Assembly: GCA_002269645.1 (NCBI GenBank) | Contig: NIVC01001344.1 | Location: 62,001-126,000, forward strand | Reading direction: 5' to 3' | DNA length: 64,000 bases | Origin: Macrostomum lignano | Taxonomy: Eukaryota | Shown: piece after piece, positions 24,435-36,842 of the stretch | Layout: each line of letters begins with the position of its first letter | Position numbering within the stretch: the stretch's first letter is position 1 | Notes under the pieces: generated by a model | What the model saw: the letters and a program-made list of their open reading frames with translations, nothing else | Database searches by the model: none | Told to the model about the DNA's origin: nothing | Translations under genes and position numbers: made by a program

Positions 24435-24829
24435 TTTGGCTGAAGCGCAGGATCCTCAAGAAACGTATTTAGTATAAGTAAATGATAATGATGACAAAGT
24501 TTATTTCTCAACTATTTGCTTGGTGAGCAAGAGTTCACTCAAATCGGGTTTTAATTCATCTAAGAAGTTGTTTTCATTGCGATAAATTAATCAGTTTTAT
24601 GTAATAATTCAATGTAGCAATGGTAACAGTAAGGCGTAAGCTTTAATGTTTCAATTAGTCGGGTAACTTTTAATAATATATGAATAAAAACCGGTTTATT
24701 TTACCATGATGTCTACTAATAGTACGTTCGTAAGAAAAATTCGCTTTTTTACCTATTTTTGTTTTTCTACTAAATGATATAAGTACTGTTTCTCGAATGC
24801 GTAAGAAACTTGACCCCTAGACAGACAGC

Positions 24830-25275
24830 ACGGAAGAATCGCTCCTTAGACAGCATTGAAGAATCGCCCCTTGGTCACCTTGGATGGAAAAATCGCCTTT
24901 TGGTTAGTTTGGATGGAAGAATCGCCCCTTGGTCAGTTTGGATAGAAGAATCGCCCCTTAGACTGTTTGGATGGAAGAATCGCCCCTTGGTCAGTTTGGA
25001 TGGAAGAATCGCCCCTTAGACAGTTTGGATGGCAGAATCGCCCCTTAGTTTGGATGGAAGAATCGCCCCTTAGACAGTTTGGATGGCAGAATCGCCCCTT
25101 AGACAGTTTTGGATGGAAGAATCGCCCCTTAGACAGTTTTAGATGGAAGAATCGCCCCTTAGACAGTTTTAGATGGAAGAATCGCCCCTTAGACAGTTTG
25201 GATGGGAGAATCGCCCCTTAGACAGTTTGGATGGGAGAATCGCCCCTTAGACAGTTTGGATGGAAGAATCGCCCT
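24830..25275. repeat. 29-30-bp minisatellite (TTAGACAGTTTGGATGGAAGAATCGCCCC)
   Basis: Directly visible. Confidence 0.95.
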
Positions 25276-25297
25276 CTAAACCGCATACATGTAAAAG

Positions 25298-26878
25298 GAT
25301 TTCCCCCACTCAGAAGCATTGCTCATTTCATACTCGAATATATTTATCAAACGTTACAATTTTTTGGTCGTTTGCATGCTGGCAATCATGGGCAAACTAT
25401 CTTACCGAGTCTATTGGTTCATTGCTTCGGTTTTCTACTACCACTTTTTAGCCGTCATGTTTGGCGCTCCATTTTTCAGGTGAGAACTCGCGTGTTTTGT
25501 TCGGAAATTCTTCTGACCCTCTCGTGACCCTGACCCTCTCCTGACCACTGCCACTGAGCCTCTCCTGACCCTCTTCTGACCACCGCTACTGATCCTCTCC
25601 TGACCCTGACCCTCTCCTGACCACTGCCAATGACCCTCTTCTGACCACTGCCACTGATCCTCTCCTGACCACTGCCACTGATCCTCTCCTGACCACTGCC
25701 AATGACCCTCTTCTGACCACTGCCACTGATCCTCTCCTGACCACTGCCAATGACCCTCTTCTGACCACTGCCACTGATCCTCTCCTGACCACTGCCAATG
25801 ACCCTCTTCTGACCACTGCCAATGACCCTCTTCTGACACTGCCACTGAGCCTCTCCTGACCCTGACCCTCTCCTGACCACTGCCAATGACCCTCTTCTGA
25901 CACTGCCACTGAGCCTCTCCTGGCCCTGACCCTCTCCTGACCACTGCCAATGACCCTCTTCTGACCACTGCCACTGAGCCTCTCCTGACCACTGCCACTG
26001 AGCCTCTCCTGACCCTTTCCTGACCCTGACCCTCTCTGACCACTGCCACTGAGCCTCTCCTGACCCTCTCCTGACCACTGCCACTGAGCCTCTCCTGACC
26101 CTGACCCTCTCCTGACCACTGCCAATGACCCTCTTCTGACACTGCCACTGAGCCTCTCCTGGCCCTGACCCTCTCCTGACCACTGCCAATGACCCTCTTC
26201 TGACCACTGCCACTGAGCCTCTCCTGACCCTCTCCTGACCACTGCCACTGAGCCTCTCCTGACCCTTTCCTGACCCTGACCCTCTCTGACCACTGCCACT
26301 GAGCCTCTCCTGACCCTCTCCTGACCACTGCCACTGAGCCTCTCCTGACCCTCTCCTGACCACTGCCACTGAGCCTCTCCTGACCCTGACCCTCTCCTGA
26401 CCACTGCCACTGAGCCTCTCCTGACCACTGCCACTGACCCTCTCCTGACCACTGCCACTGACCCTCTTCTGACCACCAAAATTCTCCTAAAGCAGCTTTA
26501 ATTGTTTACGCGCATCCAACCTACTTCAGCGAAATTGGCGGCACATTCGCATTCAGCCTGCTCCTAGCCAGCCTGACTGTTCTGCCTTTCCTATACATCA
26601 CTCCGTTCGACGATTTGAACGCCCTATCATTCGCCAACTTCTTAGCCTTCCCTAGCGGCGCCGCCTCCTACATGGCAGATTTGGCCATCTTGGGCTCCTA
26701 CTGTTCGGCCGTTGCCGTGCCGCTAGACTGGGACCGCTGGTGGCAGCGCTGGCCGATTCCTGGCTGCGCAGGCTGCCTCGCCGGCGCCGGCCTCGGCCTC
26801 GCCGTTTGGGCCGGCGGAACTGCCGCTGTCCGGCTGACTGGCGGAGCGAGCAAGAAAAATCGAAGACGATTAGATTGA
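25298..26878 (+). CDS. PIGF: PIG-F (GPI11) GPI-biosynthesis protein: exons about 25298-25479 and 26530-26878; true N-terminus uncertain
   Basis: The spliced product reads YHFLAVMFGAPFFSEIGGTFAFSLLLASLTVLP...AVAVPLDWDRWWQRWPIP, containing the PIG-F LDWDR.WQ.WP signature. The GTGAGA/CAG join is phase 2. Confidence 0.85.
25510..26478. repeat. Compound intronic minisatellite (CTGACCACTGCCACTGAGCCTCTC and variants)
   Basis: Fills nearly the whole PIGF intron. Confidence 0.95.
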
Positions 26879-26929
26879 ACTTACTAGACTATTGTTTTCT
26901 TGTGTAATAAACATAGCTGCATCAATCAC

Positions 26930-27680
26930 TCAGGAGCTTCTAGGGATTCTGTCCCTGATTCCTTCATGAGCTTCTAGGGATTCTGTCCCTGATTCCTTCA
27001 GGAGTTGTAGGGTATTCTGTCCCTGATTCCTTCAGGAGTTGTAGGGGATTCTGTCCCTGATTCCTTCATGAGCTGTAGGGGATTCTGTCCCTGATTCCTT
27101 CAGGAGTTGTAGGGGATTCTGTCCCTGATTCCTTCATGAGCTGTAGGGGATTCTGTCCCTGATTCCTTCAGGAGTTGTAGGGGATTCTGTCCCTGATTCC
27201 TTCATGAGCTGTAGGGGATTCTGTCCCTGATTCCTTCAGGAGTTGTAGGGGATTCTGTCCCTGATTCCTTCAGGAGTTGTAGGGGATTCTGTCCCTGATT
27301 CCTTCATGAGCTGTAGGGGATTCTGTCCCTGATTCCTTCAGGAGTTGTAGGGTATTCTGTCCCTGATTCCTTCATTAGATGCTGTGGATTCTGTCCCTGA
27401 TTCCTTCATTAGATGCTGTGGATTATGTCCCTGATTCCTTCATTAGATGCTGTGGATTCTGTTCCTGATTCCTTCATTAGATGCTGTGGATTCTGTCCCT
27501 GATTCCTTCATTAGATGCTGTGGATTCTGTCCCTGATTCCTTCATGAGCTGTAGGGGATTCTGTCACTGATTCCCTCATGAGATGCTGTGGAATTCTGTC
27601 ACTGATTCCCTCATGAGATGCTGTGGAATTCTGTCACTGATTCCCTCATGAGATGCTGTGGAATTCTGTCACTGATTCCC
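26930..27680. repeat. 34-bp minisatellite just 3' of PIGF
   Basis: GATTCTGTCCCTGATTCCTTCA core with variants drifting along the array. Confidence 0.95.
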
Positions 27681-28365
27681 TTCTCTTAGGCTACTTATAT
27701 AGCTAGTAGTTTATATCGCCAGCACTGTGCAATCCGTTCTTGTATAAACCGCTTGTTAAATGAAAAATTTAACTAATTAGCAAGCAAGTGAAACCTTCCT
27801 TTTCGTAGTTTTTGTTTACAAAAAAGCTCTTTGTTTTGTTATTTTGAGGCCTAGAACTCTCACCACCAGAGTCGAAATAAATATTGATGTGCCCTAAATT
27901 CAAAGGAGGCAAATTTTATCCTAGCTTAGCCAATGTTACTGCCCTGAACCGCTGTATCTACTTCGAAAATTCTCATTAAAATTGTGTGCGCATTTCAATT
28001 TGCAGTCTGTGTTTTCTTCTGTCTGCATGTCTGTTCGAGTCTATCCGATGTTTATTTGCTCATCAATTTAAATAATCGTCTTCATCTTGAACGTAGCTTA
28101 CTAACTTATTTTCATGCATTTCCGCTGCCTGCATGCTTTTCAATGCGAAAGATTGCAAAGACACACAATGGTGCTTACAGTGTTAGTATGAAAGGCACTT
28201 TAGAGTAAATAAATTGCTAGCATTTGTCAAGGGAACTCTTTTGACTTCTTAGTCCTTTTCCAAGTTTTACTACTAGAAGTAGGTGTGTTTTTTGGGATTA
28301 GTGATAATTATTATCCATTTTATGTTACTATAAACTGATCGGTTTACTGATAAATTGAGAAATCA

Positions 28366-28396
28366 GTAGATAGATAGATAGATAGATAGATAGATG

Positions 28397-28471
<75 letters not shown>

Positions 28472-28472
28472 G

Positions 28473-28515
<43 letters not shown>

Positions 28516-28516
28516 G

Positions 28517-28583
<67 letters not shown>

Positions 28584-28662
28584 GGATAGCTAGATAGATA
28601 GATAGATAAATAGATAGATGGATAGCTAGATAGATAAATAGATAGATGGATAGATAGATAGA
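28366..28662. repeat. (GATA)n microsatellite
   Basis: Directly visible. Confidence 0.98.
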
Positions 28663-29124
28663 ACTAAAATGCAGTTGTCCTGTGTAAAAAAATAGGAGCA
28701 AGACGTCACAGTCAGGAATGCATAGTTACTCGAACCATTTTTCTGTCACAGCATGCGGTGCTCTTGTGGCAGAGTTCGTTGATTAAACGCTCAGCCAATA
28801 GCAAAGCTCCTACTGGTAAATAAGATGCGTCCCTCGGCCTTATGTATTCATATTTGGCCGTGGCCTTGTTTTGTTTGTGAAATAGCAACAAGTTCTCTCG
28901 CCCAACGCACGATAAGAGAATAATACAGTTTTTGTCATCTCATTTGCTTTGCTTAGTCTCACTACTAATACCAAGCCATTTATACTAGTAGTGTCTACTA
29001 AATTTATATTTAACTAAGGGAATTTTACGTATTTGGTAAGTGCTGCAATTACTCGTAATGAGACTGCTATTTATGGTTGATAAGTGTGAGAAAGTTACTT
29101 TAGATGGATCCTTTCAAGTTACTT

Positions 29125-29395
29125 TTGAGCTACAGGCTCTGCCAGTTTTGAGCTACAGGATCTGCCAGTTTTGAGCTACAGGCTCTGCCAGTTTTGAGCT
29201 ACAGGCTCTGCCAGTTTTGAGCTACAGGCTCTGCCAGTTTTGAGCTACAGGCTCTGCCAGTTTTGAGCTACAGGCTCTGCCAGTTTTGAGCTACAGGCTC
29301 TGCCAGTTTTGAGCTACAGGCTCTGCCAGTTTTGAGCTACAGGCTCTGCCAGTTTTGAGCTACAGGCTATGCCAGTTTTGAGCTACAGGCTCTAC
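29125..29395. repeat. 23-bp minisatellite (GAGCTACAGGCTCTGCCAGTTTT)
   Basis: Directly visible. Confidence 0.95.
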
Positions 29396-29799
29396 CCTTT
29401 AATATACAGTCAAACGTGAACAAAGTTTTCTAAAAGTATTGACAGTGAATCACTTAGTCAGAGTTATTTATAGAATATATTACTAGTAATTAATTACGCA
29501 CTGCGGTAAAATGCCTCTTCCCTGTGCTGACTGGCTTGTGCGAGACGGAGCCGGCGCATTCCAGCCTTATCTGTTTAGAGACTTTAATATTTCCTTTCCA
29601 CTACTAAATAGGTTCGTTTTGCTCTTTTCTTTGGCACAGCTGCGCAGCTCGCAGATGGCCTAATGCGTAGAAAATAGTCTCATTGCAATGCAAGCTCTTC
29701 TGTTTACTTCCTTTCGCGAATTGCCTTTACCGGGGCATGCGAAACGCGAATGAATTACAACTTACTCATAATCATTATTTGCATTCCTTCCTTTGGAAT

Positions 29800-30090
29800 T
29801 TTGGCTCCAGCAAACTGCCTGCCAGAATAAGGTCAAGAACCCCCTGGTTCCATTCGGTGCAATGTCATTCATTTGTGGTTTGTGTTGTGTGCACGAAAAT
29901 TGGCCTAACAGGTGTCTTACGATTCACAGCCATGAGGGCCAACCCCCAAGGCACAGAGAGTGTACATGCCTGGCGATTAGAAAGTCAGGGCTGCTGTACA
30001 CCCTGTGTGAGCGTGTGTGTGAGTGCTGTGCCTGCCTACAGTATTGGCCCGCTTGCATGTTGCTCAGGGGTCAGCAGAATGATCTACCTG
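29800..30090 (+). mobile_element. SINE family copy with degenerate head
   Basis: The body matches the 23.3-23.9 kb copies. Confidence 0.6.
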
Positions 30091-30283
30091 ATCCTGTATT
30101 CTAGCCAAGCCCATTAGCTATTTATCATTCAAAAGTCTCAAAAAGCCTTAATTGTCCACTACTAGCTATTGCCAAACGATTTCTTCGATATTTCCTAGAA
30201 AACAACAGAAAATTTCAATTTCAGCTCGGAAAGTCGAACACCGAAGCGTAAAAGTTCAGCGTCCGGTGGCTGGCTACAGAGAG

Positions 30284-33200
30284 ATGTTTCCCTCGGCCAG
30301 TCGCAACTCGGAGACTCGTCATTCCTACCACAGTACAACTGGCACAGGCGGCGCCTTTCACGTTTTGGCTCATCTGCCGCATCTGCTCAAAACTGGACAG
30401 CTGAGCCGCACTGACGAGAACAGCGGCGGCAGCGGCGCAGACCTCGGCGGCAACAGAGTCGGCAGCCGCTCAGAATCTGTTGGCGATTTCGCCGACCTGG
30501 GCCCGAGGCGCATGGAGGACGACGCTCACGGAGGCCGTCCGCGCCGGTCTGGCGATGAAAGCGGCGGCGGCGGCGGCGGCGGTGATAACTCTGCCAGATT
30601 CAACCAGATGGCCATGCTGTACGCCATCTTCCTAACCCTATTCGGCCTAATCTTTCCTCTGAGTAGCTACGTGCGAGCGAAGCCCTACTCCGAGTGGTAC
30701 CTGTGCGCCTTCTACATCATATTGCACTCGTCCGCTATCGCATTCCTGCTATTCTTCATGATCTGGGTGATGAGCAGGCCGTCTCATAAATTGTTTGTCG
30801 AGAATCCGGGCTGTTCGGGTGAACTGGTCCGGCTGCAGGAGTCCGAGCGGCCAGGTAATGCTGCGGCTGCGGCTGCGGCGGCTGGGAACGGCGGCGGCGG
30901 TCGGGTTGAGTTTCGAATTGGCCGATTCTCAGTGTCAGAGAGTAATCACAATTTTCACGGCAAAGAGGTGGGTGAAGCTTTGAAATTGTGGAGTGAATGT
31001 TTTGAGACTGTGAAGCTTTGAAATTGTGGAGTGAATGGTTTGAGACTGTGTGAAACTTTGAGATTGTGGAGTGAATGATTTGAGACTGTGTGAAGCTTTG
31101 AACTTGTGGAGTAAATGGTTTGAGACTGTGTGAAGCTTTGAACTTGTGGAGTAAATGGTTTGAGACTGTGTGAAGCTTTGAGATTGTGGAGTGAATGGTT
31201 TGAGACTGTGTGAAGCTTTGAGATTGTGGAGTGAATGGTTTGAGACTGTGTGAAGCTTTGAGATTGTGGAGTGAATGGTTTGAGACTGTGTGAAGCTTTG
31301 AGATTGTGGAGTGAATGGTTTGAGACTGTGTGAAGCTTTGAAATTGTGGAGTGAATGGTTTGAGACTGTGTGAAGCTTTGAGATTGTGGAGTGAATGGTT
31401 TGAGACTGTGTGAAGCTTTGAGATTGTGGAGTGAATGGTTTGAGACTGTGTGAAGCTTTGAGCTTGTGGAGTGAATGGTTTGAGACTGTGTGAAGCTTTG
31501 AACTTGTGGAGTAAATGGTTTGAGACTGTGTGAAGCTTTGAGCTTGTGGAGTGAATGGTTTGAGACTGTGTGAAGCTTTGAAATTGTGGAGTGAATGGTT
31601 TGAGACTGTGTGAAGCTTTGAAATTGTGGAGTGAATGGTTTGAGACTGTGTGAAGCTTTGATATTGTGGAGTGAATGGTTTGAGACTGTGTGAAGCTTTG
31701 AACTTGTGGAGTGAATGGTTTGAGACTGTGTGAAGCTTTGAGCTTGTGAGCTCCCTTCTGTACTAAAGTTATTTAACGCATTTGAAATTTTCTATCATTC
31801 CTCATAGTCTATATCTCTTGTTTACTATGCTAATACACCTTTTCAGGGTCAAGCACTGCTCGGTGTTGAGGTTTGTAATCGTGTAAATGTGATAACGATT
31901 TCTCTAAAACTGGATTTGTATTGCACCGTTCACTTTGTGACGTGGTGTGGTTAATCAGAGAAAATTGTCTGATTCTTGATTTACCTATAAATTTTATTAA
32001 CGCCAAAGACGCACGCTTTGCACCCGTGATTATTTTTGACCTGCTTATTTTGTGTTGGCGTGCTTTTTTATTGATGCAACAATTGTCTGAGTTATAGCAT
32101 AGTAATTTGTGTAAAAATGTATTGCTAAGTGCTAAACTAACCTGTGTGTACATGCAATTCAACAATGCCAATAACTCATAATCGGTTTATTAATTAATAT
32201 GTTCCCAAAAACATTCTCCCGATTCGAAATCGGCCACAAGCCCATCGTAGAAAAATACCCCTTTAAATTCTCTCAATTGTGAACCGCCTCCAAGCCTATC
32301 GTAGAATAATACCCCTTTGAATTCCCTCGATTGTGAATTGTCTCCAAGCCTATCAAAGAATAATACACCTTTAAATTCTCTCAATGGGGAATCGCCTCCA
32401 AGCCTATCGTAGAATAATACCCCTTTGAATTCCCTCAATTGGGATTGTCTCCAAGCCTATCAAAGAATAATACCCCTTTGAATTCTCTCAATAGGGAGTC
32501 GCCTCCAAGCCTATTGTAGAATAATACCCCTTAGAATTCCCTCAATTCGGATTGTCTCCAAGCCAATCGTAGAATAATACCCCTTAGAATTCCCTCGATT
32601 GGGATTGTCTCCAAGCCAATCGTAGAATAATACCCCTTAGAATTCCCTCAATTGGGATTGTCTCCAAGCCAATCGTACAATAATACCCATTTGAATTCCC
32701 TCTATTGTGAATTGTCTCCAAGCCTATCGTAGAATAATACCCCTTTGAATTCCCTCAATTGGGATTGTCTCCAAGCCAATCGTAGAATAATACCCCTTTG
32801 AATTCCCTCGATTGTGAATTGTCTCCAAGCCTATCGTAGAATAATACCCCTTTGAATTCCCTCGATTGTGAATTGTCTCCAAGCCTATCAAAGAATAATA
32901 CCCCTTTGAATTCTCTCAATATGGAATCGCCTCCAAGCCTATCGTAGAATAATACCCCTTAGAATTCCCTCAATTGGGATTGTCTCCAAGCCAATCGTAG
33001 AATAATACCCCTTTGAATTCTCTCAATTGGGAATCGCCTCCAAGCCCATTGTAGAAAAATACCCCTTCGAATTCCCTCGATCGGGAATCGCCTGCAAGCA
33101 TAACCTCGATTACTAAATGATACCCCCAAACACCCCAGCAACGAAGCTCATCTAAAAGCGCTCTGAAAAATCGCCTTTAAAGGCAAATTAACAAAGATTT

Positions 33201-36031
33201 TGCTAAAACAACTCTCAGGACGGAAGCAGACAGTGCAATCAGCAGCAGCAGAATCATCAGCACAGTTTAAAATGCAACGGCGCCACCGGGCACACTCAGA
33301 TTGAGCTGCAGGAGCCGGAGATCGCCGAGCATCAGCGGACAACAGCGTCCGGCATGTCGGCTGGCCACAGCAGTCAGGTCGGTGTCACCTTCGACGTGCA
33401 GAACAGCGTCACCCACGGCTCCAACCTGGACACGATCGGGCGCCAGAAGGCCTACATGAAGAGAATCAACTCAACTCTGATTCAAAATGCTAAAGAGCTC
33501 GGAGTGCACGAGATTCAGGCCTACTCAGTGCTGTCCCTGCAGGAGTCTCATTCGCCTTCGTTCTTCCTTCGGGTTGCCTGTTTCATCTTCGGCGCTTTGA
33601 AGGTGACGCACGACTTTCTAAGAATTGTCGACACGCTGACTGAGCTCAGCAATCATTGCTTTGGCGGCGGGAAAGCGGCAGTGCAATTGATTCAATATGC
33701 GCTGAGCATCGCATTCACCGTGTTGCAGACATTCTTTATTTTCAAGTATAGCAAGGTGTCTGTTAATATCTATCATAAGGTGAGCAGTTTCAATTTCTCC
33801 TTTCTAGGAGACTGTTGTCATTTCTTTCATTATTCACCGTTGCAATTTAACACAAAAATTTGCCCATGAAAACTCCCTCCGAGAATCGCCCCTCAACTCC
33901 CTCCTAGAATCGCCCCTCAACTCCCTCCGAGAATCGCCCCTCAACTCCCTCCTAGAATCGCCCCTCAACTCCCTCCGAGAATCGCCCCTCAACTCCCTCC
34001 GAGAATCGCCCCTCAACTCCCTCCGAGAATCGCCCCTCAACTCCCTTTGAGAATCGCCCCTCAACTCCCTCCGAGAATCGCCCCTCAACTGCCTCCGAGA
34101 ATCGCCCCTCAACTCTCGAGCATATTATTAGATAATTGTTGCATCTGTCTGCATTCTAAATGCCCCCCATTAGGTGTCAGTCCTGGGCTTCATGCACCTG
34201 ATGGCCACCAACATGTGCGTCTGGTTCCAAGCCATCCTGCTCGAGACCGGCCACAATGCGCACAAGAACGCGGCCAAAGTTCTGCACTCGTATTCCTCGC
34301 CAACACCGGCTGGTTCGTTGCTTAAGCACCAACTAGTCGGTAACTATGGCGACGCCAACGGCACCAACACCTCCGGGTTGGCGGCGGTCGTCACGGCCAC
34401 TAAAGCCGCTTCGCTTGACCACAGCGTTGCCGCCGCAGCGAACTGCTCCAAGGAGGTGTTCTGGCGAATGGCGCCCTACCTGTTCCCGTTCACTATCGAG
34501 TACTCGCTCATGGCGGCGTTCTCGTGCTACGTTCTGTACTGCAATGTCGGCAAGTTTCTTGACGTCATCCAGACTAAAGGCTTCAATGTTGGCAAAAAGT
34601 GTTTGAGAAATCGGAAGAAAGCGCAGACCAGCTTCTCGGCTAGTTGTTATAAAAGCGATAAAGGATTCTTTCTGGGCGCTCTGCAGATGATTGTTGGCAT
34701 CGTGTCCGGCATCTACTTCACTATCTATATTAATGATCAGCCCGAAGATCTCATTGTTGGAAAGTACATCTACTTGAGCACTGATCTGGCTTTGCTGACG
34801 CTCAATCTGCTGCTGTGCATAGTGGCCTACAAGCAGATGCAGGCTCTGACGCTGGTGCAGCGGATGAGCACCGGACCGGATGCCTGGCTGCTAGGCATCA
34901 CGCTCATCGGCGTGCTAGCGTTCGAACTGTTTCAGCTGTTTGGCGCCTTCTCCGAGAAGGGCCTGTTTTTTGCGCTGCGGCTAACTCAGGGAATTATATG
35001 CATTATGCAGAGTCTGCTGCAGGTGAGAGTGCTGCGCGATTGTGATAGTCTGTGGGAGCTAGTCTGCGGTGGAGGGGTCATCTAGGGACATCTTACATGT
35101 GCACATTGGGGGTCATCTAGGGACATTTTGTGTGCACATTTGGGGGTCATCTAGGGACATTTTGTGTGCACATTTAGGGGTCATCTAGGGACATTTTATG
35201 TGTGCACATTTAGGGGTCGTCTAGGGACATTTTGTGTGCACATTTAGGGGTCATCTAGGGACATTTTACCTGCACACATTGGGGATCATCCAGGCACATC
35301 TTACAGGTGCACATTAGGGGTCATCTAGGGATATTTTACAGGTAAATATTGGGGGTCGCCTGGGGAATTGAGATTTTAAAGGTGCAGATTGGAGGATTAT
35401 CTAGGTGCATTTTACATAAATAGCTGAGATAAAGGGTCAACTAAGGGCAAGGTTACAATGAAGGTCATTTAGGGACATTTTACATGTAATCGCAAGATTT
35501 GGGGCTTAACTAGAGGGGGAATTCCATATGTGAGGCATGGAGTCATCTGGGGACAGTCTGCATGTGAGCATAGAATCATCTCTCCCCCCCCCCCATTCCC
35601 AGGTGTTCCTCGTGTTGGACGGCGAGAAGCGGCGCTCCAGCACCAGCGAGGCAATCGAGCGCAAGCCCGGCCGCGAGATGATCGCCGCTCTGTTGCTAGG
35701 CAACCTGGCCCTGTGGGTGGTGTACACCCTGGAGGTTCGCGAGATCAACAATCTGCCTAATTACAACGATGCCTACGTGCTGATTGCCTCGCAGATCTTC
35801 TCGTACGTGTGCTCGCCATTGATCATCTTCTTCCGCTTCCACTCCGCCTGCTGCTTCGTTGACATCTGGCGACACGCCTACAAGGGACGCCGGAGCTCCG
35901 GGGAGCAGCAGCAGCAGATCGGCGACTGCGACAGTCCGCGGGCCAGCGAAGTCAAAGCTGCCGGCAGCGGAAGCCGGTATCCGGGCAGCGCAAACAGCCT
36001 GGCCGTTGCCAGGGAGATGAGTCATATGTGA
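30284..36031 (+). CDS. Otop: Otopetrin (OTOP proton channel family), about 840 aa: exons 30284-30967, 33219-33779, 34174-35022, 35603-36031
   Basis: Motifs include SFFLRVACFIFG, LQTFFIFK, GFMHLMATNMCVW, PYLFPFTIEYSL, KPGREMIAALLLGNLALW and PLIIFFRFHSACCFVDIW. All three introns are GT-AG and phase 0, and the frame is continuous. Confidence 0.9.
30973..31748. repeat. 40-bp minisatellite beginning about 5 nt after the otopetrin intron-1 donor
   Basis: Unit is GTGTGAAGCTTTGAGATTGTGGAGTGAATGGTTTGAGACT. Confidence 0.95.
32200..33095. repeat. 53-54-bp minisatellite in otopetrin intron 1
   Basis: CTCCAAGCC recurs at 32716, 32769, 32823 and 32877. Confidence 0.95.
33870..34117. repeat. 24-bp minisatellite in otopetrin intron 2
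   Basis: Unit is CTCCCTCCGAGAATCGCCCCTCAA. Confidence 0.95.
35075..35345. repeat. ~35-bp degenerate minisatellite in otopetrin intron 3
   Basis: Unit is GGGGTCATCTAGGGACATTTT...GTGCACATT. Confidence 0.9.
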
Positions 36032-36061
36032 CCGACTGTAAACTTGTATTCACTATTGGTT

Positions 36062-36842
36062 ATGATCCTTGCTGTCACTCTGTGTGAATCACTGATCCTT
36101 GCTGTCACTCTGTGTGAATCACTGATCCTTGCTGGCACTCTGTGTGAATCACTGATCTTTTCTGTCACTCTGTGTGAATCACTGATCCTTTCTGTCACTC
36201 TGTGTGAATCACTGATCCTTTCTGTCACTCTGTGTGAATCACTGATCCTTGCTGTCACTCTGTGTGAATCACTGATCCTTGCTGTCACTCTGTGTGAATC
36301 ACTGATCCTTGCTGTCACTCTGTGTGAATCACTGATCCTTGCTGTCACTCTGTGTGAATCACTGATCCTTGCTGTCACTCTGTGTGAATCACTGATCCTT
36401 GCTGTCACTCTGTGTGAATCACTGATCCTTGCTGTCACTCTGTGTGAATCACTGATCCTTTCTGTCACTCTGTGTGAATCACTGATCCTTGCTGGCACTC
36501 TGTGTGAATCACTGATCCTTGCTGGCACTCTCTGTGAATCACTGATCCTTGCTGTCACTCTGTGTGAATCACTGATCCTTGCTGTCACTCTGTGTGAATC
36601 ACTGATCCTTGCTGTCACTCTGTGTGAATCACTGATCCTTGCTGTCACTCTGTGTGAATCACTGATCCTTGCTGGCACTCTGTGTGAATCACTGATCCTT
36701 GCTGTCACTCTGTGTGAATCACTGATCCTTTCTGTCACTCTGTGTGAATCACTGATCCTTGCTGTCACTCTGTGTGAATCACTGATCCTTGCTGGCACTC
36801 TGTGTGAATCACTGATCCTTGCTGTCACTCTGTGTGAATCAT
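36062..36842. repeat. 30-bp minisatellite starting about 30 nt after the otopetrin stop
   Basis: Unit is GATCCTTGCTGTCACTCTGTGTGAATCACT, about 26 copies. Confidence 0.97.

Noticed and set aside
25438-26479. Three ~297-aa minus-strand ORFs
   Set aside because: They derive from the intronic minisatellite of PIGF.
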